Position numbers and translations under genes: made by a program. From assembly GCA_963708075.1 (NCBI GenBank), contig OY970194.1, positions 864,001 to 928,000 on the forward strand: a DNA stretch of 64,000 bases. The letters run 5' to 3'. The notes beneath the pieces were generated by a model. The model was given only the letters and a program-made list of their open reading frames with translations, had not been told where the DNA came from and made no database searches. Source of the stretch: Sedimentisphaerales bacterium (GTDB taxonomy: Bacteria > Planctomycetota > Phycisphaerae > Sedimentisphaerales > Anaerobacaceae). Numbering within the stretch: the stretch's first letter is position 1; each line of letters begins with the position of its first letter. This document shows, one piece after another, positions 21,499 through 32,500 of the stretch.

Positions 21499-22742
21499 GG
21501 ATTACCTCGCTTCGCCTTGTCATCGACACTCTGGGGCGTTGGCGACTGCGGGGAGTTCTTGATCTGCACGCGCGCCCCCGGCACCAATCGAAGCTGGCCA
21601 TCCGTGACAATCACCTCGCCTGGCTGCACCCCCTCGACCACCGTCTCGCTGTTGACGGCTCTCTTTGTCGTGATCGGCCTCGCCTCGACGCTCTGGTCCG
21701 GCTTGACGACGTACACGAACTGGTTGTTCTGGCCGGTCTGGATAGCCTCTGATGGGACGACAATGGAATCCGGCTCTTGCGCGATCGTCAGGACGACGTT
21801 GACGTATTGGCCCGGCCAGAGTCGCCCATCCGCATTCGCAAATGTGGCACGCAAATGGATGGTGCGGTTATCGGGGTCCACGGTATTGTCGATGAAGGAC
21901 AGAATGCCGTGGATGGCTTCACCGCTCTCGCCGGGGGGCGTCACTGCGACGTCCAGCTCATGGGGCGCCATCTCTCTCTTTATCGCGGGCAAGTGATTCT
22001 CCGGGACCCAGAAACTGACGTAGATCGGGTCCACTTGCCTGACGCTCACGACCGCAATGTCGTTGGCCTTGATCAGATTGCCCTGGTGGACGTGCAGGCT
22101 GCCGGTGCACCCGTCCACCGGCGAGCAGATAGAACAGTAATCGAGCTGAAGAGCGGCGTCCTCGATTGCCGCCTTGTTCGCGCTGACTGCCGCCCGCAGC
22201 GTCTCCACGGCCGTCATCGCCTGGTCGTAGATATCCTGGGAGGCGTACCCCTTCTGGAGCAGTTCCGTCTGGCGTGCGGCCTCTCTCTCTGCGTTCTTCA
22301 GTTGAGCTGTATCCCTCTCCAGGTTGGCCTGGGCCATCTTGAGGGCGGCCTGGGGCTGGCGAGCGTCAATCGACAGGAGCTTGTCTCCCTTCTTCACCAT
22401 CTGGCCCTCGGTGAAGTGCACCTGCGTCAAGACGCCGGTGACCTGGGCTTTGATCTCCACGTTCGCGTAGGCTTGGACGGTGCCGAAACTCCGCACGGCG
22501 ATGGGCGTGGTCCTCTGTTCCACGGTGGCCACGCTGACCGGAACCGCCATGCCGCCTTCGCCCCTGGGGCCTTTCCCGGCCGGCGACTCCTTCGGGCAAC
22601 CGGCAAGCAGGAGCAGGCTCACTACTGAAAGCATGAACCCGAAAGAACAATAACGGTGTCGCCGGTGAGGATCCCGGTTCTGGATTTCAAATTTCAGACC
22701 TCGAATTTCTAGTCTCACGATCATAGCATTTCCCGCGAGCAT
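21495..22742 (-). CDS. RND efflux membrane-fusion (periplasmic adaptor) protein
   Basis: VEIKAQVTG, EGQMVKKGD, SPVDG and LWPGQYV motifs; stop overlaps the permease start (ATGA). Confidence 0.9.
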   Translation of the reverse strand: MLAGNAMIVRLEIRGLKFEIQNRDPHRRHRYCSFGFMLSVVSLLLLAGCPKESPAGKGPRGEGGMAVPVSVATVEQRTTPIAVRSFGTVQAYANVEIKAQVTGVLTQVHFTEGQMVKKGDKLLSIDARQPQAALKMAQANLERDTAQLKNAEREAARQTELLQKGYASQDIYDQAMTAVETLRAAVSANKAAIEDAALQLDYCSICSPVDGCTGSLHVHQGNLIKANDIAVVSVRQVDPIYVSFWVPENHLPAIKREMAPHELDVAVTPPGESGEAIHGILSFIDNTVDPDNRTIHLRATFANADGRLWPGQYVNVVLTIAQEPDSIVVPSEAIQTGQNNQFVYVVKPDQSVEARPITTKRAVNSETVVEGVQPGEVIVTDGQLRLVPGARVQIKNSPQSPTPQSVDDKAKRGNP

Positions 22743-22745
22743 CGA

Positions 22746-24377
22746 TTATCGATCCGCTTGAAGTGGAGTCGCATCGGACAATTCTACGGGTTCGCGTCCC
22801 GGGCCGGCAATCCCCCGGCGCTCCAGCAGCGAACCTTCCTGCCGGTACATCTCCACGAACGACTGCAAATAGTTGACGACGGCCTGGACTTCGGTGATCT
22901 GGCTCAAAACCAAGTCCCGCTGCGCCTGGGCGACGAGCAGGGAGGTGGATTTGCCGAGGCGGAACTTCTCTGTCTCCGACCGCAGCTTCTCCTCCTGGAG
23001 CTTTAGCGTGGCGGCGGTGGCGGCCACCTGCTCTTGCGAGCGGGCGATTTCCAGATACGCTGTCCGGACGTCCACCTCGATCAGTTGGGACAGGTTATCG
23101 ATCGCCTCGCGTGCCTGTTGTCGAGTGAGCACCGCGCGAAGGTGGCGGGCCTGGGCGCCGCGATTCAACGGTGGATACTCGATATTGAGCCCGACCAGCG
23201 TGTCATAGCTGTCCCCATCGAGGTCCTCAAGCGATCTGCCGAACGAGTCCGCGTAGCCGGTCTTGCCGAGGGTGACGAACAGGTCCAGCCGCGGCAGTAG
23301 GCCGTTGCGAGTCTTGACTACTTCGAGATCGCCGCGCTGCCAGAGGAGCTTCGCCTGGTTCAGGTCGGGGCGCATCCGCATCGCCAGCGCGACATGGGTT
23401 TCCACGTCGTCAAGCGTGATGGAAGGGATCGTTGGGAGGCTGGCAAGCTCGACCTGCCGGTCCCAGGGATTGCCGCCGGGCGGATTGACCAGTCGCAGCA
23501 ATATCAGCTTGATCTTCGCCAGGTTACTGCGGGCGTTGATGAGATTCTCGCGGCGCGAGGCAACTTCCGCCTCGGCGGCCGAAAGCTCGGTCGCCGCTAT
23601 GTCGCCGACTCTGATCCGTTCGCGGGTCTCCTCCAGTTGCTTTTGAGCCAAATCCAGCGACTGGTTGAAGATCTCGATCCGGCGCTCGGCGAGGGCGTAA
23701 TCCCAGTATGTCTGCTCCACCTGAGCGACCAGCGTCTGGGCGAACCCGCGCAGCTCGTATTGCGATATCCGCGTGTCAATCTTTGCCTGGTTCACGGAGG
23801 CCAGGTTCACCGTCGGTCCAAAACCACGGAGCAGCGACTGGGTCGCATTGAACGCGATTCGTGATGCCCGTTCATCGTCAGTAAGTCCCGCGAGTATGGC
23901 GGGAAATGTACTTCCCGTGACGCCGAGAGAGGTGCCTGTCGGCAGAAACTGGTCAACGCCGACTGCGGCGGAGACCCCGCTGACCTCAGATGTTATCGGT
24001 CCTGCATCAATCTTCTCTTTCTCATAGGCCAGTTGTCCGGTCAGAACCGGATCGAAGACAGCGCGTTGCTCCTGCTCGAACGTGCGGGTGATCTGCGGGT
24101 CGATTCGCTGCACGATGAGCGATTTGTTGTTCTCCAGCGACAGCAAAGTGGCCTGTCCGATAGTGATTTGGAGAGGACCCTCGCTATCAGTGGCCGGCTG
24201 GATGGGTGGCGCATTGACTTCGGCAACGGCATTGGCCTCTGCAGGCGGCTCCGATATCTCCGGGCCGATATAGTCGGCGGGACTGCGGACCTCGTATGGG
24301 GCGCAGGAATGACACGCGCAGGCCAGAAGCGATACCGCCAGAAGACCTGGAATGGACCGCAATCGCATGATGCCCAT
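22746..24377 (-). CDS. TolC-family outer-membrane efflux protein
   Basis: Signal/lipobox-like N-terminus, two helical OEP-like repeats (LPRLDL, FRLGKST); first gene of the RND operon. Confidence 0.85.
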   Translation of the reverse strand: MGIMRLRSIPGLLAVSLLACACHSCAPYEVRSPADYIGPEISEPPAEANAVAEVNAPPIQPATDSEGPLQITIGQATLLSLENNKSLIVQRIDPQITRTFEQEQRAVFDPVLTGQLAYEKEKIDAGPITSEVSGVSAAVGVDQFLPTGTSLGVTGSTFPAILAGLTDDERASRIAFNATQSLLRGFGPTVNLASVNQAKIDTRISQYELRGFAQTLVAQVEQTYWDYALAERRIEIFNQSLDLAQKQLEETRERIRVGDIAATELSAAEAEVASRRENLINARSNLAKIKLILLRLVNPPGGNPWDRQVELASLPTIPSITLDDVETHVALAMRMRPDLNQAKLLWQRGDLEVVKTRNGLLPRLDLFVTLGKTGYADSFGRSLEDLDGDSYDTLVGLNIEYPPLNRGAQARHLRAVLTRQQAREAIDNLSQLIEVDVRTAYLEIARSQEQVAATAATLKLQEEKLRSETEKFRLGKSTSLLVAQAQRDLVLSQITEVQAVVNYLQSFVEMYRQEGSLLERRGIAGPGREPVELSDATPLQADR

Positions 24378-24566
24378 CAACACGTTACCTTTACCTTTTG
24401 CCGCAAAGACCCATGATAGACGCTTGCGGGGGGAAGGAAATTGCCGCCGTGTTGCCTTGTACCATTTCCCGCAAGAGCTTATAGGTTAGCGCGAAGTCGC
24501 AAGAATAGGCCATCAGCGGCGAAATGTCCAGAGGTTCTTTGACTCGATAGGTCGAGCGTCGGATTG

Positions 24567-25957
24567 TCAAATCCGCCACGGGCAGCGCATGGCGCGGCGC
24601 AAAGGCGGTTGGCGGCATCATCGTTGACGAACTGCTCTGCGGCGGGGTCCCACTGCAGTGACCGTTGCAGCTTGTATGCGATGATCGCCAAATGGCCGAG
24701 AGATGCGCCGCGATGACCAATCTCCTCTGGGCAGTTCGGCGGCCGGCGGGTGCGAATGGATTCAAACCAGTTCGCGTGGTGATTGTTGTCCCCGATGTTC
24801 ACTTCACGGGTCGTCAGGTTCATCTCCTTGAGCAGTTCTTCGGGACCTCCCTCGATGGGGCCGCCGGTGGACAGCGATGTGACCCAGCCTCGCTCGCCCA
24901 CGAAGATGCCGCCGAAGTTGCCCTCTAATCGGGCGGTCGCCGGGACTGCTTTGTAAACGTCCTTCACCATTCCCCAATGATCGACGTGGTGCAGGAGCGT
25001 GCCGTTGGCGTAGCGATACGTGAGTGTCGGGTACTTCCCACTGCTCGGATGGATGATCTCGACCGGTCCGCTGTTTTCCATGCCGAGGGCGTACTGAATC
25101 ACGTCCGCAGCGTGAGAATGATACCAGGTGACGGCTCCGGCCCCGAAATCCTCGTGGAATGCCCAGGGCACGACGCCCGGCACCGGATTCCTGTGGTAGG
25201 CGCGGTTGTATGGCTGCCACGGGGCCGGACCCACCCACAGGTCCCAATCGAGCCCGTCTGGCACAGGCTCGGCTGCCAATGCCGGACTCACGGGCGCGTA
25301 TGAACGACCGAAGTTGTCTCCCAGGCTGCTCCAGAGCGTGAAGACCGATTTGACCTTACCCAGTCCGCCGGCTCGAACGAATTCACAGACTTGGCGGATG
25401 GTCGGGATGGAGCGGTACTGAGTACCGGTCTGAAAAATCCGCCCGTACCTTTGCACGGTTTCCACCAGCCGGCGGCCCTGCTGAATCGTCAGCGAGATCG
25501 GCTTCTCGCAATAGACGTCCTTGCCAGCTTTGATCGCGTCAATCGCTTGGAGAGAGTGCCAGTGATCCGGTGTGGCAATCACGACCGCATCGATGTCCGG
25601 CTTGGCCAGAAGCTCACGATAATCGTTGTACGTCGCGCAGCCGCTGTACCCGCTTTCAGAGCGGGCCGCGTACGTCTGCTCCACATGTCTCTTGCCTTCC
25701 TCCCGCCGCACCGCATCCACATCGCAGACGGCCAGAACCTGAATCTCGCGATCCCCGGCCAGTCGATGCAGATGCCCGCGCCCCATGCACCCGTTTCCGA
25801 TCAGGCCCACCGCGGTCCGCTCGCTCGGGGCAACATTCCCATTTGCTCCTCGCGCCGAGGCAGGAATGATCCACGGCAGCGCGACGGCGCCTGAACTGCA
25901 TGCCGCAGAGGTTAGAAATGTGCGTCTTGTGATCCCAGGTGTATTCGGTCGTGTCAT
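24567..25957 (-). CDS. Tat-exported Gfo/Idh/MocA oxidoreductase (apparent 1-nt deletion near the 3' end)
   Basis: TRRTFL twin-arginine motif; GLIG.G.MG, ATPDHWH and CEKP motifs. Adding a T at ~24602 gives the typical end ANRLLRRAMRCPWRI*. Confidence 0.85.
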
Positions 25958-26002
25958 GGTGCACCTTTGTCTATCGACGGTAACGTGGCCGTGTTGAAAA
26001 GG

Positions 26003-27329
26003 TTAATCACCGGCGCGGCGACCGGTCAGCAGGATATCGTACTCGTTGCATAGTCTCATGATCACATCCCGCATGTCGGCCGGCGGCGTCGCGATGATCT
26101 GCTCAACGCCCATTTTTCGGGCAAAGGCGAAGATTTCCCGGCAGCCGGGCTCATCAGAGGGCATACGATCTACGTGATACGTCAGTAGACGAACGCCGGC
26201 CGTGTCCAGCTTCAGTCGCACCTGCTCCATTTCTTTGCCGTCAAGTCGCCCATCAAACGCCTTCGGAATGTCACGGCTGATGACCTGGCTGTTCCAGCCG
26301 CCGACGTTCAGCAGACCGAGTTCTGCTGCCTTGTCGATAACCTCGAAAAGCGTCAGTTGTCTGGCGCTGAAGAATGGCTGGCCGTCGATGGGCATCTGCT
26401 CCTGGGCGCGGATCTCGGGGGTCAGCTTGGCGCTTGGAGTTGTCGGGGCGGGCAGATCACCCAAGGCAAACTGGGTGGCGGCGAGGTAGAACCGGAGCAT
26501 CTTCGGGTCCCAGAAGATGGAAGGGTTGTGGGCGAAGCCGCAGTAGAAGACGCATCCCCGGCCGTACTGCCGGACCCAGGCAAGAGCGTAATCGTTGTCC
26601 GCGCGTTCGAGCTTGCCGTAGGCGGGGCCCTGGTTCATGTCTGTTTTCGTGGTGTCAATGCTCAGGAGCACACGCACACGGTTTCGCGAGTACGGCTCGT
26701 GTACGCGGAAGAACTCGTCGCGGTAATCGAAGCCCTGGCCCGCGAAGACCCGGTTCACGGGGTGAGTAGGGTCGTCCAGCTTGATGAAGACGTGCTCGTC
26801 GCTGGCGCGGTGGTTGGCGCCGCGGGCGCCGAGCATGATGCCGAACTCGGGCCAATCCTCGATGGCCCCCGGCCATTTCATGAAGGCCACGGATGTGCCG
26901 TGAACGCCCATCAGTCCGCCGCCGCCATATACGAACTCGACAAGGCTCTGTCTCAATGCGACATCCTCAAAGAGGTTGCCCACGGTGTTATTGAAGAATA
27001 CCGCATCGAATTGCTTGAGGCTGGCGGGTGCGAAGACTGCTGGATCACTGCTGACTACAGTTTCCCACGCGCCGGTCCGCTGGCCCATCAAGGTAAAGGC
27101 GACATTGGCGGTCTTAGCAGAGCGGTGGCCACCATAGTTGACGTTGAAGTCGAAGATCAGGAGCTTTCGCGGCTTGCGTGGCTTGGCGAACGCCCTAGCA
27201 GGAATCGCCGCTTCGATCTTCTGACGCTCCTCAGTGTCACCGGGCCTTGTCTGTGCAATGACACGCGCCAAGTGTGGCCGCTGCCGCGGCAGCGCCAAGA
27301 AATTCACGCCGAGTTGGATGGTTTTGCAT
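26003..27329 (-). CDS. Tat-exported ThuA-like domain protein with C-terminal partial TIM/xylose-isomerase-like region (apparent frameshift ~27266)
   Basis: FDAVFFNNT, GGGLMGVH, YGRGCVFY...AHN motifs. The signal MQNHPTRREFLGAAAAAATLG starts at ATG 27329 in another frame. Confidence 0.75.
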
Positions 27330-27334
27330 GGGAG

Positions 27335-28090
27335 TCACGCCTTTCCTTCGAGCTTGCTGTTGGATGTTTGTGAGGGCTGCTTGTTCTCAACAAGTGGCGC
27401 AGACCGTTCCGGGGGAGTGATGCCCGGAGGCAGTTCCATGATCCGGATGTTGCGGAAGCGGATGGGAGCGCCCTCGGATTCCAGGCAGATGTAGCCCTTC
27501 TTGATTTGGGAGTTGCTGATGCCGTTGACAAACTTGCCGTTGACCGCTAGCTTGATTGTGCCGTCCACACACACGATTGTGTAGTTGTTCCACTGACCCT
27601 TGCCTTTGCAGCGGTTCTCGGCGGACTTGCTTCGCTCGCCGCGAGGATTGTCCGGCTGGGTCTTGATGCCGCCGGTGCCGAAGATCTCGCCGTGCACGTA
27701 GGCATCGGTCTGATTGTGCTGAACGGCCCACTCGAGTTCCAGGATCTGAACCTCGATGCCTCTCGGCAGTTGCTTGCCTTCGGGAACTGTCCCCTCGCAC
27801 CAGACGAAGCAGCCGGAATTCCCACCTGCTTCCAGGTGCATCCAGTCGAGCTGCAGGATGAAGTTCTCATACTGCCGGTCGGTCCGCAGGACGCCAATCG
27901 GCTGGCCGCTGCACGCGAGAATGCCGTCCTGCACCTGCCATGTGTCCTTGGCCGTGTTGACGTTGACCCACCCCGACGGGTCCTTGCCGTTGAAAAGGTC
28001 CCGAAACTGCGGGATCTCCTGCGCCGGGGCCACAACCTCCGCCGAGAGCACTACGACCGTGACGCAAATCAGCGTTACGCAACTCTTCAT
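27335..28090 (-). CDS. DUF1080 (3-keto-disaccharide hydrolase-like) protein
   Basis: LFNGKD..GW, GNSG, EVQI, WN.Y.I and FRNI motifs; signal peptide. Confidence 0.85.
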   Translation of the reverse strand: MKSCVTLICVTVVVLSAEVVAPAQEIPQFRDLFNGKDPSGWVNVNTAKDTWQVQDGILACSGQPIGVLRTDRQYENFILQLDWMHLEAGGNSGCFVWCEGTVPEGKQLPRGIEVQILELEWAVQHNQTDAYVHGEIFGTGGIKTQPDNPRGERSKSAENRCKGKGQWNNYTIVCVDGTIKLAVNGKFVNGISNSQIKKGYICLESEGAPIRFRNIRIMELPPGITPPERSAPLVENKQPSQTSNSKLEGKA

Positions 28091-28191
28091 GGCTATTCCT
28101 CCATCGTCAACACCGCTGTACCGTTCAACGACACCTGCAACACGCTGGGGCCTCAGTGTAAGGAGAATCGATCCAAAACACAAGGTCTGGC

Positions 28192-28220
28192 TTGGCAATG
28201 AGAGGGCGGCAGGCTATAAT
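28192..28220 (+). promoter_or_regulatory. sigma70-type promoter
   Basis: TTGGCA-N17-TATAAT upstream of ATG 28277. Confidence 0.55.
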
Positions 28221-28276
28221 AGCTCCCCATGTACGTCTGGAAAGTTGAATAGAATACGCACATCGGGAGGACACAA

Positions 28277-29500
28277 ATGCATACAGTTCGTCAGGCTATG
28301 ACCGTACTCACACTTTCCGCAATTATGTCTCTTGCCGTCGGAGGCCAAATGGCGGCCGGGGCGGATTGGCCGAACTATCGCGGGCCGAACCATGACGGCA
28401 TCAGCAGCGAAACGGATTGGCAATCACAGTGGGGGGAAACCGGTCCCGCCGCACTGTGGAAGAAGTCGATTGGCATCGGGTTCTCGACGACGGCCGTGGC
28501 GAACGGCCGGGCGTACGTCTCGGGCAATACCGACAAGAACACGGACATCGTTTTCTGCTTTGACGCAGAGACCGGCAAGGAACTCTGGCGGCACTCTTAT
28601 CCGTGCCCGCTCGAACCCAAGAGCTATGAGGGCGGCACGCTCGCCACGCCTACCGTGGATAACGGCAAGGTCTATACGCTGAGCAAGATGGGCGACCTGT
28701 TCTGCCTGGACGCCGCCACGGGAAAGGTGATCTGGAAGAAGCAGTTAAATGAGGACATGGGCTTTCAGTTACCGACGTGGCACTTCTCCAGCTCCGGCCT
28801 GATCGCCGGCGACATGCTGATCTTCAACATGGGCTCGGCCGGTCTGGCCCTGAACAAGAATACGGGCGATATCATCTGGCAGAACGGCAAAGGCAAGTGC
28901 GGCTATGCGACGCCCGTGCCATTCCAGATGGATGGACAGCCGTGCCTGGCGATCATGAGCGAAATCACGCTCTTTGCCGTCAAGCAGGCCGATGGCAAGC
29001 AACTCTGGCAGTTCCCCTGGAAGACGCAGTACGAGATCAACGCTGCCGATCCGGTGGTCGTCGGCAACCAGATGTTCATCACATCCGGCTACAAGCACGG
29101 CTGTGCCTTGCTGGAAATCAGCTCGACCGGCGCCAAGCGGCTCTGGGAGAACAAGGCGATGTCGATGCAGATCAACTGCCCGGTCGTGCGCGACGGGTAT
29201 GTCTATGGCTTCGATGAGAGCACATTCAAATGCCTCAAGCTCCAGGATGGCGCGGAGCAGTGGCAGGACAGAAGCCTTGGCAAGGGATCGCTCATGATGA
29301 GTGCCGATGGCAGGCTGATCATCACGAGCGACAAGGGCGAGCTCGTGATCGCGCAGGCCGATCCGCAGAAGTTCAACGTGCTGGCCCGTGCCCAGGTTCT
29401 GCCGAAGAGCAAGTGCTGGACCTCGCCGGTCCTGGCCAACGGACGCATCTACGCCCGCAACGCCAGCGGCGACTTCGTCTGCGTCGACGTGAAGAAATGA
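28277..29500 (+). CDS. PQQ-binding-like beta-propeller protein
   Basis: GGAGG RBS; signal peptide; DWPNYRGP; repeated CLDAATGK..W blades; WTSPVLANGRIYARN. Confidence 0.9.
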   Translation: MHTVRQAMTVLTLSAIMSLAVGGQMAAGADWPNYRGPNHDGISSETDWQSQWGETGPAALWKKSIGIGFSTTAVANGRAYVSGNTDKNTDIVFCFDAETGKELWRHSYPCPLEPKSYEGGTLATPTVDNGKVYTLSKMGDLFCLDAATGKVIWKKQLNEDMGFQLPTWHFSSSGLIAGDMLIFNMGSAGLALNKNTGDIIWQNGKGKCGYATPVPFQMDGQPCLAIMSEITLFAVKQADGKQLWQFPWKTQYEINAADPVVVGNQMFITSGYKHGCALLEISSTGAKRLWENKAMSMQINCPVVRDGYVYGFDESTFKCLKLQDGAEQWQDRSLGKGSLMMSADGRLIITSDKGELVIAQADPQKFNVLARAQVLPKSKCWTSPVLANGRIYARNASGDFVCVDVKK

Positions 29501-32500
29501 TCACTCGAAGCCGTAGGTCGAGATCTTAGATTCATTGCCGTCCGGGCGGTGGTCCAGGACCATGTGAATGAAGCGGATGTTCCTGGTTTTCAACTGGTCC
29601 AGGATGCTTTGGGATACTCCTGGCTCAAGCCGGGGCTCGAACAGGAAATTCTCGATGAAGTTGTGATGCTCCGGCCGGTACGTCTGAGAGTAATAGCCTT
29701 CCAAGATGATCGGCTCGGCAGCGAGTCCCTGGATCGTCGTGCGGCCCCATCGTTTCAGCGGCGCGGTTGACCCCGCATCCGCCACCCAGTCCGTCTGTCC
29801 CGGCGGCGGGACGGGGTAGTAGAAGGTCGTCTGGATTGAGACGCCGTTAGAGGAGAAGATTCTCTCCTGGAAGATGTCGTCGTCGCTGGGTTCTGTATGC
29901 AGCCAGAGGCGGACCCGGTTCGCCGTGGTGGAGCGCAGGCCGGAAGATGGACCGCCGTTGCCGATCTGCTGATACCACGACATCACAGGATGCTCGTACT
30001 CCGCATCCAGTGTCAGGCATCTGAAGGGCACATTGAATGCACGCGGGCCCAAGTCGGACAGCGTGAACACTGGACTCTGTGTCTGCAGGACGGACGTTGG
30101 GATCTTCGCGGTACGCAGGTGGTACGTGCGAGGGTTGCCCAGGTCGGGCAGTCGCCAGTTGTCCACAACGTCATTGCCATCGTAGGCATGCTCCGCGAAA
30201 GGCAGCAGGGGCATCTCGCCGCTGATCGTGCGAACCTGGTCGTCATCCAGGTACTCAATGTTCACCTTGGTGTAGAGGCCCCGGCTCAGATTGTTGCTGT
30301 CCAGCGTCATGCTCAGTGTTTCGAGCGTCCAGCGGGACTTCAAGCGATGATCGGCGAAAACATCGGTGGGATCAAACAGGTCGAACTCACCCGTATAGAC
30401 TTCGAATTCCGCCGGCGAGTTGACCAGGAAAGGCGTCTGCCTGCGGTCCGGCGATGGCACCTGGCGCACCTGTTTGACGATCAATCCACCCGTGGGCATC
30501 GCCTGCCCGCCCGGGCCCACCTTCTTGTATTCCAGGTCGAGGATGTAGGTGGTCTTGCCTGTCACGGTGCGGAACTGATCGCTGACGTCCATCAGCAGGC
30601 CGACCAGATTCCTGTAGTCGTTGGGCCAGTCCATGACGGTCCTGCCGACGGGGACGAGACTGGACTGGCGTTTCTGCGAGGCCGGCGTCAGCTTCACGAA
30701 CCCGGTGGACAGTACCTCGACGACGACCTCTTCCGGAATGGCCGCGCCCTCGGGATTGGTCACGGACACCGAGCCCTGCTGGGTGACGAGGGTCACAATC
30801 GTGTTCTGGCCCGCGCCTTTTCTCTCGACGGTGGCCACGCCGTTGGCCAGCTCGATTTCATCGGGGAAGGAGTGGTGGACGAGCAGGGCCATACCTACCT
30901 GTGCCTCGTTCACGTCACGGCGGAGCCGCTCGAGGAACGCATTATCATTGTAGAAGCTCGCGAACGCCTGCCGGATTGCCTCGAAGGCCCCGTCCTCGGT
31001 TTCGTCGTTCGGATCGCAGGCGCAAGGCCCGGCCGTGTCGTCGTCCAGGTCGTCGGCGAGGCAGCCGCTGTAGCTGTCGTACATGCCCGCCCCGACGAAA
31101 TCGTCACTGTCCTCCACGTTGGTCGAGCTTCGAAACCGCAGCTTGGCGCTGGGGTCAAAACCATATTGCGGGTCGGTCAACACGTTGGCGACGGCGTCGC
31201 GAAGTGCCGGATCAAGAGGCGTCAGGCTGCCGCTGGTGAAGAACGTGCGAATGGACGCCAGGTCGGCCGCCAGCATCTGCAAATCGTCAGGCGGGTAAGA
31301 ATCGTATTTCGAAAGCCGCTGCCGGATTTCCTGACGAAGTGTCGCCCCGGTGGTGGCGGGGGGGATCTGCCATTTGGTTGGCTCATTTACATCGTCGGTC
31401 AGGTACAGGCCGTTCAAGACGATGGCGCGGTCCGAGGCGTTGTACAACTCGATCCAATCGGGGTACTCGCCCGGCTCGCACGGGTCCTGGATGGTTTGTG
31501 TGTTGGCGGCCATGAGCTCATTGATGACCAGCCCGGGACCAGTCCGGCCGGGCTCGCCGGAGTTCGGCCGGCCGGGCGTCGGTTTGGTGAAGGACTCCCA
31601 CGTGTCGCCGCCATCCACGGATCGTCCATACGAGACATCGTTGTTCTGACGCCCGAAGTTGATCACATCGATCCGGGTGGCGCCGTCGCGGGCGTACAAA
31701 GCCACGGACTCCCCACCCTTGCTCAATGCGAAACTCGTATGTGTCGGGCCCTGTTCTTCGTCGTCATCGACCCAGAACAGCATGTGCTGCCCCGGTCCCA
31801 GGATCATCTCGGGAGCGGGCAGCAACGGTTGATCGAGGAACGCGTTCCACAGATCGAAGCTCAGGGCGATGGCCTTCGGACTATTGTCAGGGATTGCCCG
31901 GCGCAGCAGGCCCGAGTTGGCGGCCTTGCCCCCGAAATACTTCCCATCCACAGGAATCAGCCCGTCCGTCGATGTACCCATCGCCCCATAGGGAACCATG
32001 GGCGATATGTTCAGCGCAGCCGGCCGCTTGAGATCGAGTATCTGCGCCACCGTCGCATCGTCCAGAAGACCATTCGTATCGATCAGCTTGATATCGACGG
32101 CTCCATACTGGTCGTCGTAGGCGCTGTAGATGATACGGTTTCCCACCAGTTGTTGTGCCCGCTCGGCATCGTCCGGCACGGCCAGGTGAACGAACGGCAC
32201 GGCATAGCTTTTGGCCAGGATGGCCACGTGGGAGTTCGGCGTCGATGGCGCCAGGGAGACGATGCCGGCCAGGAAAGGCACCTCGGCGGGAATGCCATCC
32301 GTGAGCAGGATATCGTTCGGCGCAAGCTGTCCGCTGTGATAGGCCGTATCAATCTCGCCGGCGGGAACGAACTTCAACAGGCCTAGGGCCCAGCCCTGTG
32401 AGTAACAGGTATTGCCCTTGGCCCACCGGGCCGTGGAACCCAGCGATATGCCTTGCGACTCGAACCAGTCGCGGTCTTTCTCGGCGGCTGACTGCTGTTC

